A program made the position numbers and the translations under genes. A stretch of DNA of 64,000 nucleotides, taken from the NCBI RefSeq assembly GCF_902713615.1, contig NC_052152.1, positions 167,832,712 through 167,896,711 of the forward strand. The letters are read 5' to 3'. Below the pieces are notes generated by a model. That model searched no databases. It was not told the DNA's origin and saw only the letters and a program-made list of their open reading frames with translations. The DNA comes from Scyliorhinus canicula (Eukaryota). Below, piece after piece: positions 11,131 to 24,292 of this stretch (positions are counted from its first letter, which is position 1; every line of letters starts with the position of its first letter).

Positions 11131-11990
11131 TGGGTGTGATTTTCAGCCCGGTTTAGCCATCAGCGAGACCAGCAGTGTGGGAGCAAAATATGGCAAGAAT
11201 TGAGCAACACGATTCTCAGAGATAGCGGGCGGGATTCTCTGATCCTGAGGCTAAGTGTTGACACCGTCGTAAACGCTGCCGCTACTGCCGGTGCAAATTT
11301 GCGTATGCGCACTACAATCGGAACAAACTCACGCATGCGCGCTAGTTTACTTCTTTGCGCTGGCCCCGACGCAACATGGCGGAGAGGCCGATCCTCGGGT
11401 ACAGGATGTTACGTCTCTGCTCGACACCATCCAGATGTTTGTTGAGGGATCTAGCTGCAAGGTGTGGCGCTTTCCTCCCGGCAGCCACCCCCCCTGCTGG
11501 ACTTGGAACAAGTGTTGGGGAAACGTCCCACTGATAACAACAGTTAGGACAAAATTCTTTGTTTGGGTGACTATGTTCTCCCACCCAACTGATTTGTGTT
11601 CTCTCTGGGAGCGGAAATTGGGAAACAATTCCATATCTCTTGCCATGCAAATTTATGCATGGCGAGGAATATGAGGGATTCCCAAGGGAATCCTGCTATT
11701 GGGCCGCTATTTTGAGTGGGCGGCTCGATAGCGAAGTCCCACAGCTGCCTCACCCCCCACACCGTAAAGCAACCCCTCACCCCCAGGTTGCCTGGGTGCC
11801 CCCCTTTCCCCTGAGTATGGGGATGACCTGACCCATGCCCCGGGAATCCCTTATTAGGGGCCCCTCCAAGGACCCTGTTAATTGGGAGACCCCTAGGGAC
11901 CCCCCAACTCGAGCCCCCACCCAAAGCGACCCTCTGACTAAAGGGACCCCTCAAGTGGACCTCCTGACTAAAGGGACCCCCCTTTGTTTA
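11131..11990. mobile_element. Harbinger-derived composite remnant including an ORF1 (Myb/SANT) N-terminus on the minus strand
   Basis: GGGCGGGATTCTC-type termini. The minus frame at about 11390-11490 reads AAGRKAPHLAARSLNKHLDGVEQRRNILYP, resembling the APRF...LLDAVE.RR..L.P start of Harbinger Myb/SANT proteins. Confidence 0.55.
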
Positions 11991-14900
11991 ACAATAACCT
12001 TCTATACTACATTTGTCATTGTTGTAATCTCACATAATTAGAATTGTTTGGCAGTACAAGTCTGAGGCCTAGAAAGACCTTTTTGCTGTGAGCTTGCCCT
12101 CTATTTATTTGAAATGGTTTCCCTCTTTATAAGTACGTAGCTCCTGTGTGATTTAAGATTTGCGCTGTGATATTTATGATGCAGTGCTTGTTGGATTTAT
12201 GTGAAACTAATCTCTTCATTATTTTAGCTCATTCATTTTGTAACTGCAGTAAATTAGTGAACATGGAATATAGGGTGGAACTTTACACCAATGGGGTTTT
12301 ACAGTGCGGCCGAAGTCAATGGACTTTTGAATAGCTCGCCACATTTTGCTGTGACAGGGCCGGAAGCACCCAATCATAGTGCAAGTATCCAATTTTTAAG
12401 CTATGTGCAACTTTCATCATGTTGACATCAAGGCATTGCAGCTATCACACAGTAGATATCCAGACTATAGTATTTACTTAGCAAATCCCTGTCATGCATC
12501 TCCTTGATCCTTATAGAAAATTACATGTCACATTCTGAGTTTAAGTGTGTCATTTAAGTGTGTCGCATGTGTGCCTGTGTGTTTTCCACAGCTATGATAC
12601 ATGGAGACATCAGAAACCAGAAAAGTGAAGCTCAAATTATTTACAGATAAGGCACTAGGGGCAGTTTTAACTTTGGGCACACATCGGGTGAGCAGAATGT
12701 TTCCCATTTCAGGGAGGGAATTTGACATCTCCCCTGCAGGGACAAGCTACAAATAGCATTTTATTGGGAAAGGGGAGGCAATCTTTGGTGAAGAGTGGGG
12801 ATACATGGGAAGTGGCATTAAGTGAGAAAACTTTTGTGGGTGAGAAAGAGAATCATTGAGTAAACTGCACTTCTAATGTTTCCGAAGCATTCTACAGAAT
12901 GGTGCTGATAAGGACCATTAGCTATTTTGCTATACTTCCTGTTTCACTTGACATGTTGACCATCAGATTTGCACTGGGATCATACATATTTGTATATTTA
13001 AGTGGACTGTTTCTGACAGCAGCACTTTTAGCTGTTTGTCAGGCCATTCCAAATTTGCGGAGGAGTACAGCTTGACAGGAACAGTTGGCAAAATTAGACT
13101 GCACACTTAACCGGCTGCTACCCTGACACACTCAAAATCATGGATGGAAATAGGCCCACTGTAATTAATTGTGTTTGGACAAAGGGCTAAAAAGTTGGGT
13201 TAGACTTGTTAGCTCTTTTTCAAATCGCACAGAATGAATGACTGAATGATCTCCTTCCGTGCCATAGATTTTTATGCTTTGTGTAACTTTCACCATATTG
13301 ACATCAAGGGGCTTTGCTGGTCATGGGTATTCAATTAGAATAATAAGAGCTAATCCCATTTAATCAATTTATTTTCTTCCTTGATCCAAAGAGCTTTGAC
13401 TTTAAGCACAAGCCTCTCATGAGGTGCTTAATGCACTTTATTTTATGAAAATCAAGATGTATCATACCTGGTACATTATGATAATTTCCTGATTCTGTTT
13501 TATCTTCAGAGAATTCCAACAACTTTGTAAACCATAATCTGCCTTTTACAAATACACTCAGGTTTCAAATTATCACCATTATTCCTGTTGAATGTGCATG
13601 AATTGCTTCAATAATGAAAAATAATATTTTCCCAACCACGATAATTCCCGTGATAATGCTCCTGACATCTTTTTTAGCTTCTGGTAATAGCTGGCATTAG
13701 TAGATAATGAACTGCCAAAGATTCCAACAAGAGCACCCCTTATTTTTGCCTATATATCCTTGAGTGCTCTTAAGTAGGTTCCATTTGGTCCAAAGTTACC
13801 TTATGAATATTCTGGTTTTTAATGATAATTTCATTTGTAATCTCTATTTTTCCTGTGAATCCCATATGTGTCATCTATTTCTTTAAATACTGGCAAGGAT
13901 TTCGCACAAATTAAAAGGTGTCTAATTAAGCACCTCAGGTGCCGTAACCTTCAGGGTTCTGAGTCAAATGCCGGAAGTGGGATTAGGTTGATGGCTCATT
14001 TTGCAGCCAATGCAGTTGGGCCAAGTGGCCTCTTTCTGTGCCATAAACGTCTGAATTATTCTGAATTATAGAAAACAACTGTACAAAAGTGAATTACATT
14101 TTCTGCCATATTCCATTCCTTCTGTTACACTGCTCAACATTAAGACGTCACTGGAATTGACCTTTAATCCTCTGCTTACTAAATATATCCAAATACCTCA
14201 CTGCTTGTTCTCAGTCTCTCTAATAAAGCTATACGTTCAAATATAGAGGATCAAAATTGACATTTCCACTGTATTCCATCTACTCAGACAATAAAGTACA
14301 AAATCATTGTTTGACCATTGGCTTATTTATTTGCGTCAAGCCATCTTTGAAGTTGTCCACAGTGGAATTAAGTTTGTAGCTTAGGAAACCAAAGAAAGAG
14401 CATACACATGTAACAAAGAGACAGAAAAACTGAGTGCTATTCACAGAACCATTAGTGATGGAAGGTACTTTTTCCTTTGCAGTTGGTTAGTCATCCCTCT
14501 CACTGTGGCCAGAAGTGACCATTAAATTATAAATAACTTTGGCTTTTTCGTAAAGCCAAATATTCTGTAAAATCAAAGAATGGAATAGATGCAAAAATCA
14601 ATTGGTACTCTTTGGTCAGATTGTATTTGTTGAAATTATATGGGAAAAGAAGATATGCATTTCAACAGTGTCTTTCATGACCCTGTCAGGGGTCCTTCTT
14701 TCAAAGGACCTTAATCGCCGATTGAGCAACCTGGCATCAGTAAGGGTGGTGTCTGCTGAAAACCATACCAAGCACTTACATCCGACCCTCACCAGCAACA
14801 CCCCTACCCCATCCTCCCCCCCCCCCCCCCCCTAATTGCTGGTGACTTCCCTCCAAGGCAGCCCACTTCCCTCCCATTCTGGCAACCCGATACCCCACCC

Positions 14901-15324
14901 TCACCAAACCCCATCCCCCCACCCTCACCAGAGACGCAATCCCTACAACATCCAACCCGCCGTTGCTCACCTTTCTTCAGTAATCTAGTGATAATCCCTG
15001 AGGAAGGCCCAAGTATATTACTGGTGGAAGCTACTGTTCCTGCTAAAGCGACCGGCAATGTAGATCTGACAGCCTCTCACTGGCAGCAGCTCTCATGTGT
15101 TGGATTTCTGGTCTACTAGGGACTATTCTGTGGCTCAGTGTTGCTCACTTTAGTGGCTGATTGCACGTAAATAGTGTCAGTCACCAGTTGCAGTGGTGAC
15201 ACCAGTTTCCCACTGGTCCTCCCATCGGTGGATTGAGCCCGCAACACCTCCACTTCCGCATCCAGTGCCACAAATCCAAAGTATTTCACTGTAGCGACAA
15301 TTAGGGTTGTTTCTGGGAATTAAT

Positions 15325-16110
15325 TGGCTAATTTTGCCGATGACACAAAGCCGATGGAGATGGCAGATGCCAAAGGTAAACAGGATAACGAACAAGAATA
15401 TGTTGGGAATTGGGCAGACAAATGGCAGATTAAATTAATTGTAGAGAAATGAAAAGTGTTTCACATAGGTGTGAAATATCCAGGATGGGACTATTACTGA
15501 AATGGAAAGAAAGTAATATGAATGGAAAAATAAAAAAATACCTGTGAGACCTGATTGAGAATAAATTGAAGTTTTCACAACAGTGCTCGGCAGCATTGAA
15601 TGAAGCAAATCAGATGCTGGTGTGCATTTAAAGGCCTGTATTAAGCCAAAATAGTAATCTAACTCCGGAACTTCACAGATCATTTGCTCGACCGCACTCA
15701 GAATACTGCGTGCTGTCCTTCTCACCACAGTACATTAAGAATAGGGAAGCTAATAGAAGAATACAGAAGGGAACAGCTAGGATGATTGATGGGGTTGGTG
15801 GGGCAGTTATGTAAATTGGGAATGTTCTCACTGGTAAAGAGAAAGTTGAGATCATTACTGTTTTTAGAATTCTAAATGGTCTAGATAATGGAGACCCTGA
15901 GAAACTATTTTTCCTCGTCTACAATCGTAGAGCCAGAGAACTCAGCCTTCACTCAAAGAAGGGAAACATTCAAAACAAATTTGTAGAAACAGGATTTTGG
16001 TAAGTCAATGGTCAATCAAAGAAAGAGACTCTCTGGGGAGACATGGAAGCAGTTTGAATTAATTCATTCAAATACAAATTATAATGATTTATTTTTGCAT
16101 ATAATATTTT
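15325..16110 (+). mobile_element. Degenerate CR1 LINE RT 3' fragment
   Basis: tttgccgatgacacaaag encodes FADDTK; tgggcagacaaatggcagat encodes WADKWQ; downstream RP.L.YC-like and RR.Q.R..RMI-like remnants. Confidence 0.75.
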
Positions 16111-16280
16111 GGAATACATAATATGAGTAATTTCTGGTGAGTGGAATATTCTTGGAGAGAAAAACCTCTTCACTGTCAAGGTATTTCTCATGTCATGTCT
16201 GGGTCAGCTGTAGGCTAATTGACAGGACTTAATCTCCATGAATAGTTACCAACTCCATGATTAGTGTATCTTATGACTAC

Positions 16281-16597
16281 TGTTATGTTCTGTGTTGTGG
16301 CCGCAGAACAGATGCACACAGAATTCAGACTAGTAAGATAGTTTTATTAACAAGATGAACACGTGGAAAGATAACTAACGAACTATGATACAAACGGTAA
16401 CAAAATAAATGAATTAGTTGAATTCTCCTGGAGCTACTTCTAGTGCCACTGTTCTCTAGAATGACTTACTACCAACTGCCAAATCTCTCGAGTCGCATGG
16501 TGTATCTCTATTGCCACTTGCTGGTTGGATGTTGTACCGATAACTATATACATTGACAGATAACTTTCTACATCAACATCACATGCATATCACCACA
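16281..16597 (-). mobile_element. Solo LTR
   Basis: TGT...ACA ends; perfect 5-bp TSD actac (16276-16280, 16598-16602); layout similar to the LTRs at 461 and 56057. Confidence 0.8.
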
Positions 16598-17271
16598 ACT
16601 ACCAAGATGGTAGAAGGCAAACTAGATGAACCTTGTTCTTTCCTCATTTAGTAATTCCAGTCATCCTTAAATCCGGCAGGGTATGATGATTTCAGCACAC
16701 AATTCCCAATATAGTTGGCATACAAGAGCTATGTGCTGAGCATGTGAATTCATAAGATATACCTCATTAACTACAGAGAAAGAAAGAGCTCATATTTAAA
16801 TAGTACCCTCAGGGTGTCTCAAAACACTTTACAACAAGTGAATTACTTTTACATTTTAAGGGGGATTGTCTGCCCCCGTATTTGTGGGGCAGGATTAATG
16901 ACGGGTGCAGAAAGTCCCATGAGAGGCCCAATTTGTGGTTTATGCCGGTGTAAAGGCGTTCAATGTCAGAGATCCCATTACAATAAGTTAGCATCTAATT
17001 ATCAGGCTAGCATGAATTATGACAGGTCTCCCACAGTGCGCACCTGGGGATCAGAACCTGCCAGAGGAGCTCAGGTGAGTGCGTCACTCAGGAGAGAAAG
17101 GGTCATGGCCAGGCACTGCCCCCTGCCACTTCCCAGGCTGCTCAATGTCAGGGCAGTGCCGGGGGGGTTGTTGTATAGGTGGGGATGCATTGAAGAAGGG
17201 AGGGTGGTGTGTGAGGGGAGGTGCAGGAGGGTGTTACATTTTTAACTTTTTGTTAAGCAGGCCTTTAGAAA

Positions 17272-17497
17272 GGGCATCCCAGTGGGTTAGCACTGCTGCC
17301 TCACAGCGCCGAGGACCCAGGTTTGATCCCGGACTTGGGTCACTGTCCGTGTGGCGTTTGCACATTCTTCCTGTGTCTGCGTGGGTTTCACCCCACAACC
17401 CAAAGATGTGCAGGGCAGGTGGATTGAACACGCTAAATTGCCCCTTAATTGGAAAAAAAGAATCGGATAATCTAAATTTATTAATTTTTAAATAAAT
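17272..17497 (+). mobile_element. HE1-like SINE, short A-tailed subtype
   Basis: Head and V-domain ending CCCCTTAATTGGAAAAAA...TCTAAATTT. Confidence 0.85.
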
Positions 17498-17659
17498 AGG
17501 GTTACCGGTGGACCAGGTTGAAACAGAGCCTGTTCTGCCAGCATGACATTGTGGGATCCATCCCTTGTAGTTTTATCTTCAACCGTTTGAATAATATGGT
17601 GGAGAAAGCCGTTGTTGTGGCCAGTGGCTTCAACGCCCGCTGCAACCCCCTGCATATTT

Positions 17660-17970
17660 TAGGAAATATTCCACCCATAGTTACTGCTATTTGTAAGTAA
17701 ATTTTGCAGTCATCCGCATACAGCGAGCTCTGACTAACAACAGGGAGATAACAATCAATCAATCTGTTTTTGATGGTGTTGGTTGAGGGATACATGTTGT
17801 CTAGGGTGTCCGGGGTACTGCCCTGGGATCTATCGCATCCATTTGAGAGAGCCATGGTTTAACTGAAAGACAGTACCTCCGACAACGCACAGGAGAATCA
17901 GAGTGGACTTGGTACCCGGGTCTCTGGAGTCAGGCTTGAACCAATGACTTTTAGACTTGGAGGCCTTAAC
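17660..17970 (-). mobile_element. DeuSINE-like (SacSINE-type) remnant
   Basis: On the minus strand: tRNA-like head (GGTTCAAGCC), then ...CCCTCAACCAACACCATCAAAAACAGATT, which resembles the Deu domain. Confidence 0.5.
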
Positions 17971-18268
17971 AGCTAATCCAAATTCAGTCTGACAATATGA
18001 CTAAAAATTAACCAATCTGGAATTACTTCATTCTCAAGCTTGTATTTAGCTGATGAGCTAAGATTGATTCTCCGGCTTTGGAGTACATACAGCTGAGGCA
18101 CAACCTGTGTCAGAATAAAATGTTTAGAATCCCTGATTTTAAACCCCAAAGGTATCATTGTATACATATGCATAGTTAAACAGTGCTACAATGGCAACTT
18201 GCACTTTTATAGCATATTTAAAGTAATGAAGCATTGCAAGGTTCTTCCCACGAGCATGATAAAGCAAC

Positions 18269-18522
18269 TGTTATAACCCGCACGTGTCTTACGGGGTGGG
18301 AATTATTAACTACCCCATGGATCTTGCAGAATACGAGCTCCTCTGATAAGGGGTCAGGGGACCTCTTACAATGTCTGGCTTTGTATAAATAAAATCGTCC
18401 AGTAATGCAACGACTAGTGAAGACCCAGTGGGGGCCTACTAAAGCTGCATATAATAGTTGTTGTAAAATAAAATACGTTTTTGTTCTACAAACTTGGTGT
18501 GGACTCTTAGTGGCTTATAAAA
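18269..18522 (+). mobile_element. Solo LTR
   Basis: TGTTATAA...TTATAAAA inverted termini; TSD gcaac on both sides; TATA (gtataaata) and AATAAA inside. Confidence 0.75.
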
Positions 18523-18529
18523 GCAACAT

Positions 18530-19070
18530 TTGACATTAAACCACAGACGATAATATTAGAGCAGCTAGCCGGAAGCTTGGTCAAAAAGGTATGTTTCAAG
18601 GAATATCTTACAGGAGGAAAGAGAAATAGAAAATGGGAGATGCTTAGCAACGGGATTCCGGCAATCAAGGTTTGGCAGTTAAAGGCACACATGCCAATGG
18701 TAGAGTAGTTAAAATTGGGGATACCCAAGAGGCCAGAATTAAAGAAAGCACTGATATCTCAAGAGGATTGTAGGCCTGGAGGAGGGAGGGTTGAGGCCAT
18801 GGATGAACTGAAACGAGGATAAAACATTTAAAAATCTTGGCATTGCTTCTCCAGTAGCTAATGTAGGCCAGTGAGCACAGGGGCGAAGGGTGAATGAGGC
18901 TTGGGGCAAGTTAGAACACAGGCAGCAGAGTTTTGGATGACCTCAGGTTTATGAAGGGTATAAAGTGCGAGATTGGCCATTAATGCATTGGGATTCTCCA
19001 ATCAGGTGATAACGGCATAGATGATGGTTTCAGCAGCAGAGGAGCTGAGGCTGGAATTGAATGGATGATA
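18530..19070 (-). mobile_element. Degenerate L2/CR1-clade LINE 3' region
   Basis: Similar to 21780-22400 and 49680-49900 (ggcagctgaaggcac..., ttttggatgacctcaagtttatg). Confidence 0.55.
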
Positions 19071-20050
19071 TATAAAGGTGTAATTATCATCCTCTTCTAT
19101 GGTGTATTTGTGCAATGCCAGACTAAAAACAAGTGAACAACATCCACTAAGTCTGCTTACCGATGAATAGTATTGCTCCAGAATTTAGACCACTTTGTCA
19201 CAGAATCTTACAGCACAGAAAGAGGCCCTTTGGCCCATCATGTCCGTGCTGGCCATCAATTGCTATCCATTCTAATCCCATATGGAGTCATAGAGTTTGT
19301 CCTTCGGAGTTGTATGATTGGTTGCTTGTCTTCTGAGACATTGGGGTGATGAGACTTCATTCCATAGGAATGTTGTCTGTTCCTCCCTGAGATTCTGTCC
19401 TTGGTAAATCTATGGCATGATTCAACAGATTGAAGATGTCTGCTGAAAGGTGTGTTTAGGGAAGTGTTTCTCGGTGGCGGCAACCCCAAGAAACATCCCG
19501 CTATCCGACGGCACTTTGCCATTTTTTGGTTTTGGGGAGGCCACACTTAGAGGGATTTCCTGCTGACGAGCTGATCTCGCCAGCAGGAAAGGCTCCTCAC
19601 AGATCGGGGTGCCATTTTGCCCAGGAGACCTGATCTCCCCACCCCACCCCTTCCTTGCTGCGCCCCCCCCCCCCGGTTTTTTGACATCGCCCTCATCCCT
19701 CCAACATTTGGAAGGCCCCCGACCCCCTCACTCCCCTCTACTTGGCAATGCGCCCAGATGCCTGACCCCTGGCAGTGCCAACCTGGCACCTGAGAACCAT
19801 TGCACTGCTAGCCTGGCACCCTGACATAGCTAGGCTGGCAGTGAAGGTAAGCAGGTACCAGGATGAGTGTCAAGGTGCCACCTTGCCCAACCACCTGGGC
19901 TCTCCCATGGCCTGGGAAACACCCAGGTGCCATTACCACAGGTCCATGTATGTGTGGACCAGTACTAAACAGTGCTCTGATGGGTCAGGTGACTCGCGAT
20001 CAGCCCAGCTTGGAGCCCAATTGAACCGTTGGGGCCGGGATCCGCTATGT

Positions 20051-21192
20051 CACGTGTCACAAACACCCTCTGAATGACACATGAATGAAACAGTTCACTT
20101 TATCCTAAATATCTGTGTTAGTGGCCTCTGGTGACTTCAGGTGCTAACAACTGCAAAGCTCAGACATGTCAGATGCTGATTCATCCTTTCAACACCTCAT
20201 TCATTCTGTACAGAGAACTGGTATTCTGATTTCAATGGCAGAGTCATAAACTTATTTATCCTACTGACATGTGTTCCATGGCCTTGTTGTATAAGTTTCT
20301 CACAAATTTGTTAAATTTTTATTTGTTCAGTCATTCACATATTTAGCCATTGAGTACATCCCTTAATTCCACAATTTTGAGGACAACTGGCGCAGAATTT
20401 AATGGTCGTGGTGTGAGCCAGTCCACCAGCTATTGCCAACACTGCCTCTGTCATTGTGGGTTCCAGTCCAATATAATGGCCATCATGTACCCAGCTTCTG
20501 CACTGTATAAGCTGAGCTTAAATCTCACTTTCTTAACCTTAATTAAATTTGTAAATTAATTGTTCTTTTACCCTTATGTCTGGCTGCCATCTGCTTGTAT
20601 AGCTGTACAAGTTTCACTTCTATCATTTATTTCTCTTTGTCATGGATTACCTTTGGTAGTTTTCTTTGTCACTCTTCTGTGTTCACTAATTATAGATTAC
20701 TAAAAGTGAAGAGGAGAGAAAATCAAAAGCCTGAGAAACCAAAATATCAGAAAAGTCTGATGACGTGTCAAAAACACCCTCTGAATGATGCATGAATGAA
20801 ACAGTTCACTTTATTTGATATCCTAAATATCTGTGTTAGTGGCCTCTGGTGACTTCAGGTGCTAACAACTGCAAAGCTCAGACATGCCAGATGCTGATTC
20901 ATCCTTTCAACACCTCATTCATTCTGTACAGAGAACTGGTATTCTGCTTTCAGTGGCAGAGTCATAAGCTTATTTATCCTGTTGAACTGTGTGCCATGGC
21001 CTTGTTGTATAACTTTCTCACAAATTTGTTATTTTTTTTATTTGTACAGTCATTCACATGTTAAGCTATTTATTACATCCCTTCATTCCACAATTTTGAG
21101 GACAACTGGCGCGGAACTTAATGTTGGTGAGCCAGTCCACCAGCTATTGCCAACACTGCCTCCGTCATTGTGGGCTCCAGTCCAATATCATG
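20051..21192 (+). repeat. Local direct duplication (two copies of about 425 bp)
   Basis: 20051-20478 aligns with 20762-21192 at high identity; spacer about 285 bp. Confidence 0.9.
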
Positions 21193-21756
21193 TACCCATC
21201 TGGCTGGCTCCACGGTTGAGCTACCAGCGAGCCAAAGGCCAGAACATCTCAAGCACAGGCAGCACCATTGGGAATGATGGTCACTGCTGGTATTGCAGTA
21301 GGCCCAGACTGAATATCTCACTGGTGCCCTGGAGGAAAGCTAGGTGAAGTGGGAATTCTGAGGCTAGTGGAAGGCCTAGTGGAAGAGGGGGAGGGATTTC
21401 CATTTAAAGGGCAGGTGCAGATCTTCATGTGTGGGCGGCCCTTGCCAATGCAGGATCCCTCCATTGAGCACAAGCTTCCCAAATAGATGGGAACTCCCTT
21501 CATCAGGCCACAAAGTACGAACCATACTCCCATCTGCCTGCTGCCGGTAGAATGTCAGCAGTGGTTGGGCCATTAATTAGTCACTTCAGGGTCTCAATTG
21601 GTCACTGGGTGGGGAATCTGTCTTTAACCTTTCCTGTCCTAGACTTAATCAGAGGGTTGGGAAGGTGATGGGATCGCCACCCTGCACCTTGCCCTCTGAA
21701 TACTTGGCCCCACTGCCTCCCAGCCCACCTCCAGTGAAACATTAAATTCCATACCT
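21108..21756. mobile_element. Old Harbinger-type non-autonomous element
   Basis: GGCGCGGAACTTAATG ... CATTAAATTCCATACC inverted termini. Confidence 0.5.
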
Positions 21757-21779
21757 GACATTTTGCACATAAAATTATA

Positions 21780-22400
21780 ACAACAACTTGCAATCAGAGT
21801 GTCTTCAACTCAGTAAAATGCTGCAAGTCACTTCAAAGGTGAGTCATAAAAAAAATGTTTACATTAAGCCACATGAGGAGATGTTGGCACAGAAAAGAGG
21901 TAGGTATTAAAGAGCAATTTAATGCAGTAGAGAGAAATGAAGAGGCAGAGAGATTTAGGATGGAATTTTGAACGTTTGGAACCAGGCAGCTGAAGGCACA
22001 GCTGCCGATATTGAAACAATTAGAATCAGTGTTGTGCAAAAAGTCAGAATTGGAGAAATTGCGGGTCTTTCAAAGAGTTGTAGAGATGGATGATATCACA
22101 GAGGTAGGGAAGGATAAGGCCATGGGTGGATCCGAAACACAGAATTTTAAAATATAGGCAATGCCAGACTGGGAATCAACGTGGGTCAGCAAACACAGGA
22201 ATGATGGGCAAAGCTGACTTGGTACAGTAGAGCTTTGGATAACCTCAAGTTTATGGAAGGTGCAAAGTGAGAGGCTGGCCAGTCTTTCATTGGAACAGCC
22301 GAGTTAAAGGCATGGAAGATGGCATCAATGTGAGCAAAGGTGTTGGATGCGGGCAACGTTGCGGAGATAAAAGTTGGTAGTCTTGAAGGAAATTTCTGCT
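21780..22400 (-). mobile_element. Degenerate L2/CR1-clade LINE 3' region
   Basis: Homologous to 18530-19070. Confidence 0.55.
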
Positions 22401-22435
22401 CAAATCAGAGACAGTTTGCAGGGTTGAAAGATGAT

Positions 22436-22715
22436 GGGTGGCATGGTGGCACAGTGGTTAGCACTGGTGCATCACAGCTCCAGGGTCCCAGGTTCAATTC
22501 CAGTCTCGGGTGACTGTGTGAAGTTTGCACTTTCTCCCTGTGTCTGCTTGGGTTTCCTCTGGGTGCTCCGGTTTGCTCCCACAGGCCAAAGATGTGTAGG
22601 TTAGGTGGGATTGACCATGTTAAATTGCACAAAAGGTTAGGTTGGATTACTGGGATATGGGGTAGAGGTGTGGGCAAGAGTAGGGTGCTCTTTTCAAGGG
22701 CTGAATAGCCTCCTT
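22436..22715 (+). mobile_element. HE1 V-SINE
   Basis: Head GGGTGGCATGGTGGCACAGTGGTTAGC, V-domain, partial tail. Confidence 0.85.
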
Positions 22716-22777
22716 AAGTGATAGTGACTTCAATGATTAATTTTATGAATCTTATTTCCTATCAGAGGCTAGTATTT

Positions 22778-23117
22778 CATAGAATTTACAGTGCAGAAGG
22801 AGGCCATTCGGCCCATTGAGTCTGCACCGACTCTTGGAAAGAGCACCCTACCCAAGGTCAACACCTCCACCCTATCCCCATAACCCAGTAACCCCACCCA
22901 ACACTAAGGGCAATTTTGGACACTAAGGGCAATTTATCATGGCCAATCCACCTAACCTGCACATCTTTGGACTGTGGGAGGAAACCGGACCACTCGGATG
23001 AAACCCACGTACACATGGGGAGGATGTGCAGACTCCGCAGTGTCCCAAACCGGAATTGAACCTGGGACCCTGGAGCTGTGAAGCAATTGTGCTATCCACA
23101 ATACAACTGTGCTGCCC
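22778..23117 (-). mobile_element. HE1 V-SINE, full length
   Basis: Reverse complement of the 8869-9220 type. Confidence 0.9.
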
Positions 23118-23524
23118 TATTTATTGTGACTTTATCAAAGGAATCATTAATAAAGTTAAATAAACAAGAACATACAGGCTTACATAGATTAGTGGATTTG
23201 TATGGATGATTTTCAGCAATAATAAGGAAGCTGAAGCCTTATTGCTTGTTTATTACCAAAATAGTAAGAAAGACCACCTTATAAAAATAACCAGATCTGA
23301 CTAGTCTTCGGCGAAGCTCTGTTCCATTCTGAATGGATACAAACAACACAAATTCCTCATTAGGATAAACACTTCTGAACATAGATACTAATAGAATTCT
23401 TTCTTACTCTCTTCACAGGTATTCTAGATTGAAGCAAAATTGAGAATATCATAACAATACTAGAAAAATCTAGACCGATTTTCCTCTCATTTCAGTCTAT
23501 TTTCTCTACCATTAGCACTCAAAG

Positions 23525-23692
23525 TAATAATAATAATCTTTTATTGTCACAAGTACGAAGTTACTGTGAAAATCCCCTAGTCGCCACATTCTGGCGCCTG
23601 TTTGGGTAATCTGGTACGAAATTGAATCTGTGTTGCTCGCCTTGTTCTGCATTATAAACCAGCTGTCTAGCCCATTAAGCTAAACCAGCCCT
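23525..23692 (-). mobile_element. Short tRNA-derived SINE
   Basis: Reverse complement of GGGCTGGTTTAGC...GTGGCGACTAGGGG...GTGACAATAAAAG(ATT)n. Confidence 0.75.
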
Positions 23693-24076
23693 TGTAAAAT
23701 ATCCCCATAACATAAAGAAGTAGAATACAAACATTTAGAATGGTTACGGCTGTCACAAACATCTCTTATTGTTCAAATAATGTCCTTGTTCTCAATTAAC
23801 TTTCTTAAATGTTCAGTAAAGGGGTATTTAAACAATGGAACTTTCCATTGCACAAATATGAATAAACTGACAAAATTGTCATAAAATTTTGAACAAAGGA
23901 TGAGCGTCTTGGTGAGGTGGTATGTTTACATTTGGATTAGCATTAGATTTCTCTCACTCTCCTCTTCACTAACCTGTTCCACCTTTCGAAGTTTATATCT
24001 TCTTTTCCAAGACCAGCCATTGTGTATCTGCTCATATTATATGTGAGGTATCCTAATGCACTGGATGAAAACACAC

Positions 24077-24292
24077 TTTGGTGCCTGTTCGGGCACACTG
24101 AGGGAGAATTCAGAATGTCCAATTCACCAAACAAACACGTCTTTCGGGGCTTTTGGGAGGAAACCAGAGCATCCGGAGGAAACCCACGCAGACATTGGGA
24201 GAACGTGGAGACTCTGCACAGACAGTGACCCAAGCTGGATTCGAACTTGGGACCCTAGCGCTGTAAAGTGCTAACCACTGTGCTACCATGCC
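24077..24292 (-). mobile_element. HE1-related SINE variant whose 3' part resembles the short SINE (CCGAACAGGCACC)
   Basis: HE1 head and core, then GGTGAATTGGACATTCTGAATTCTCCCTCAGTGTGCCCGAACAGGCACC. Confidence 0.75.
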
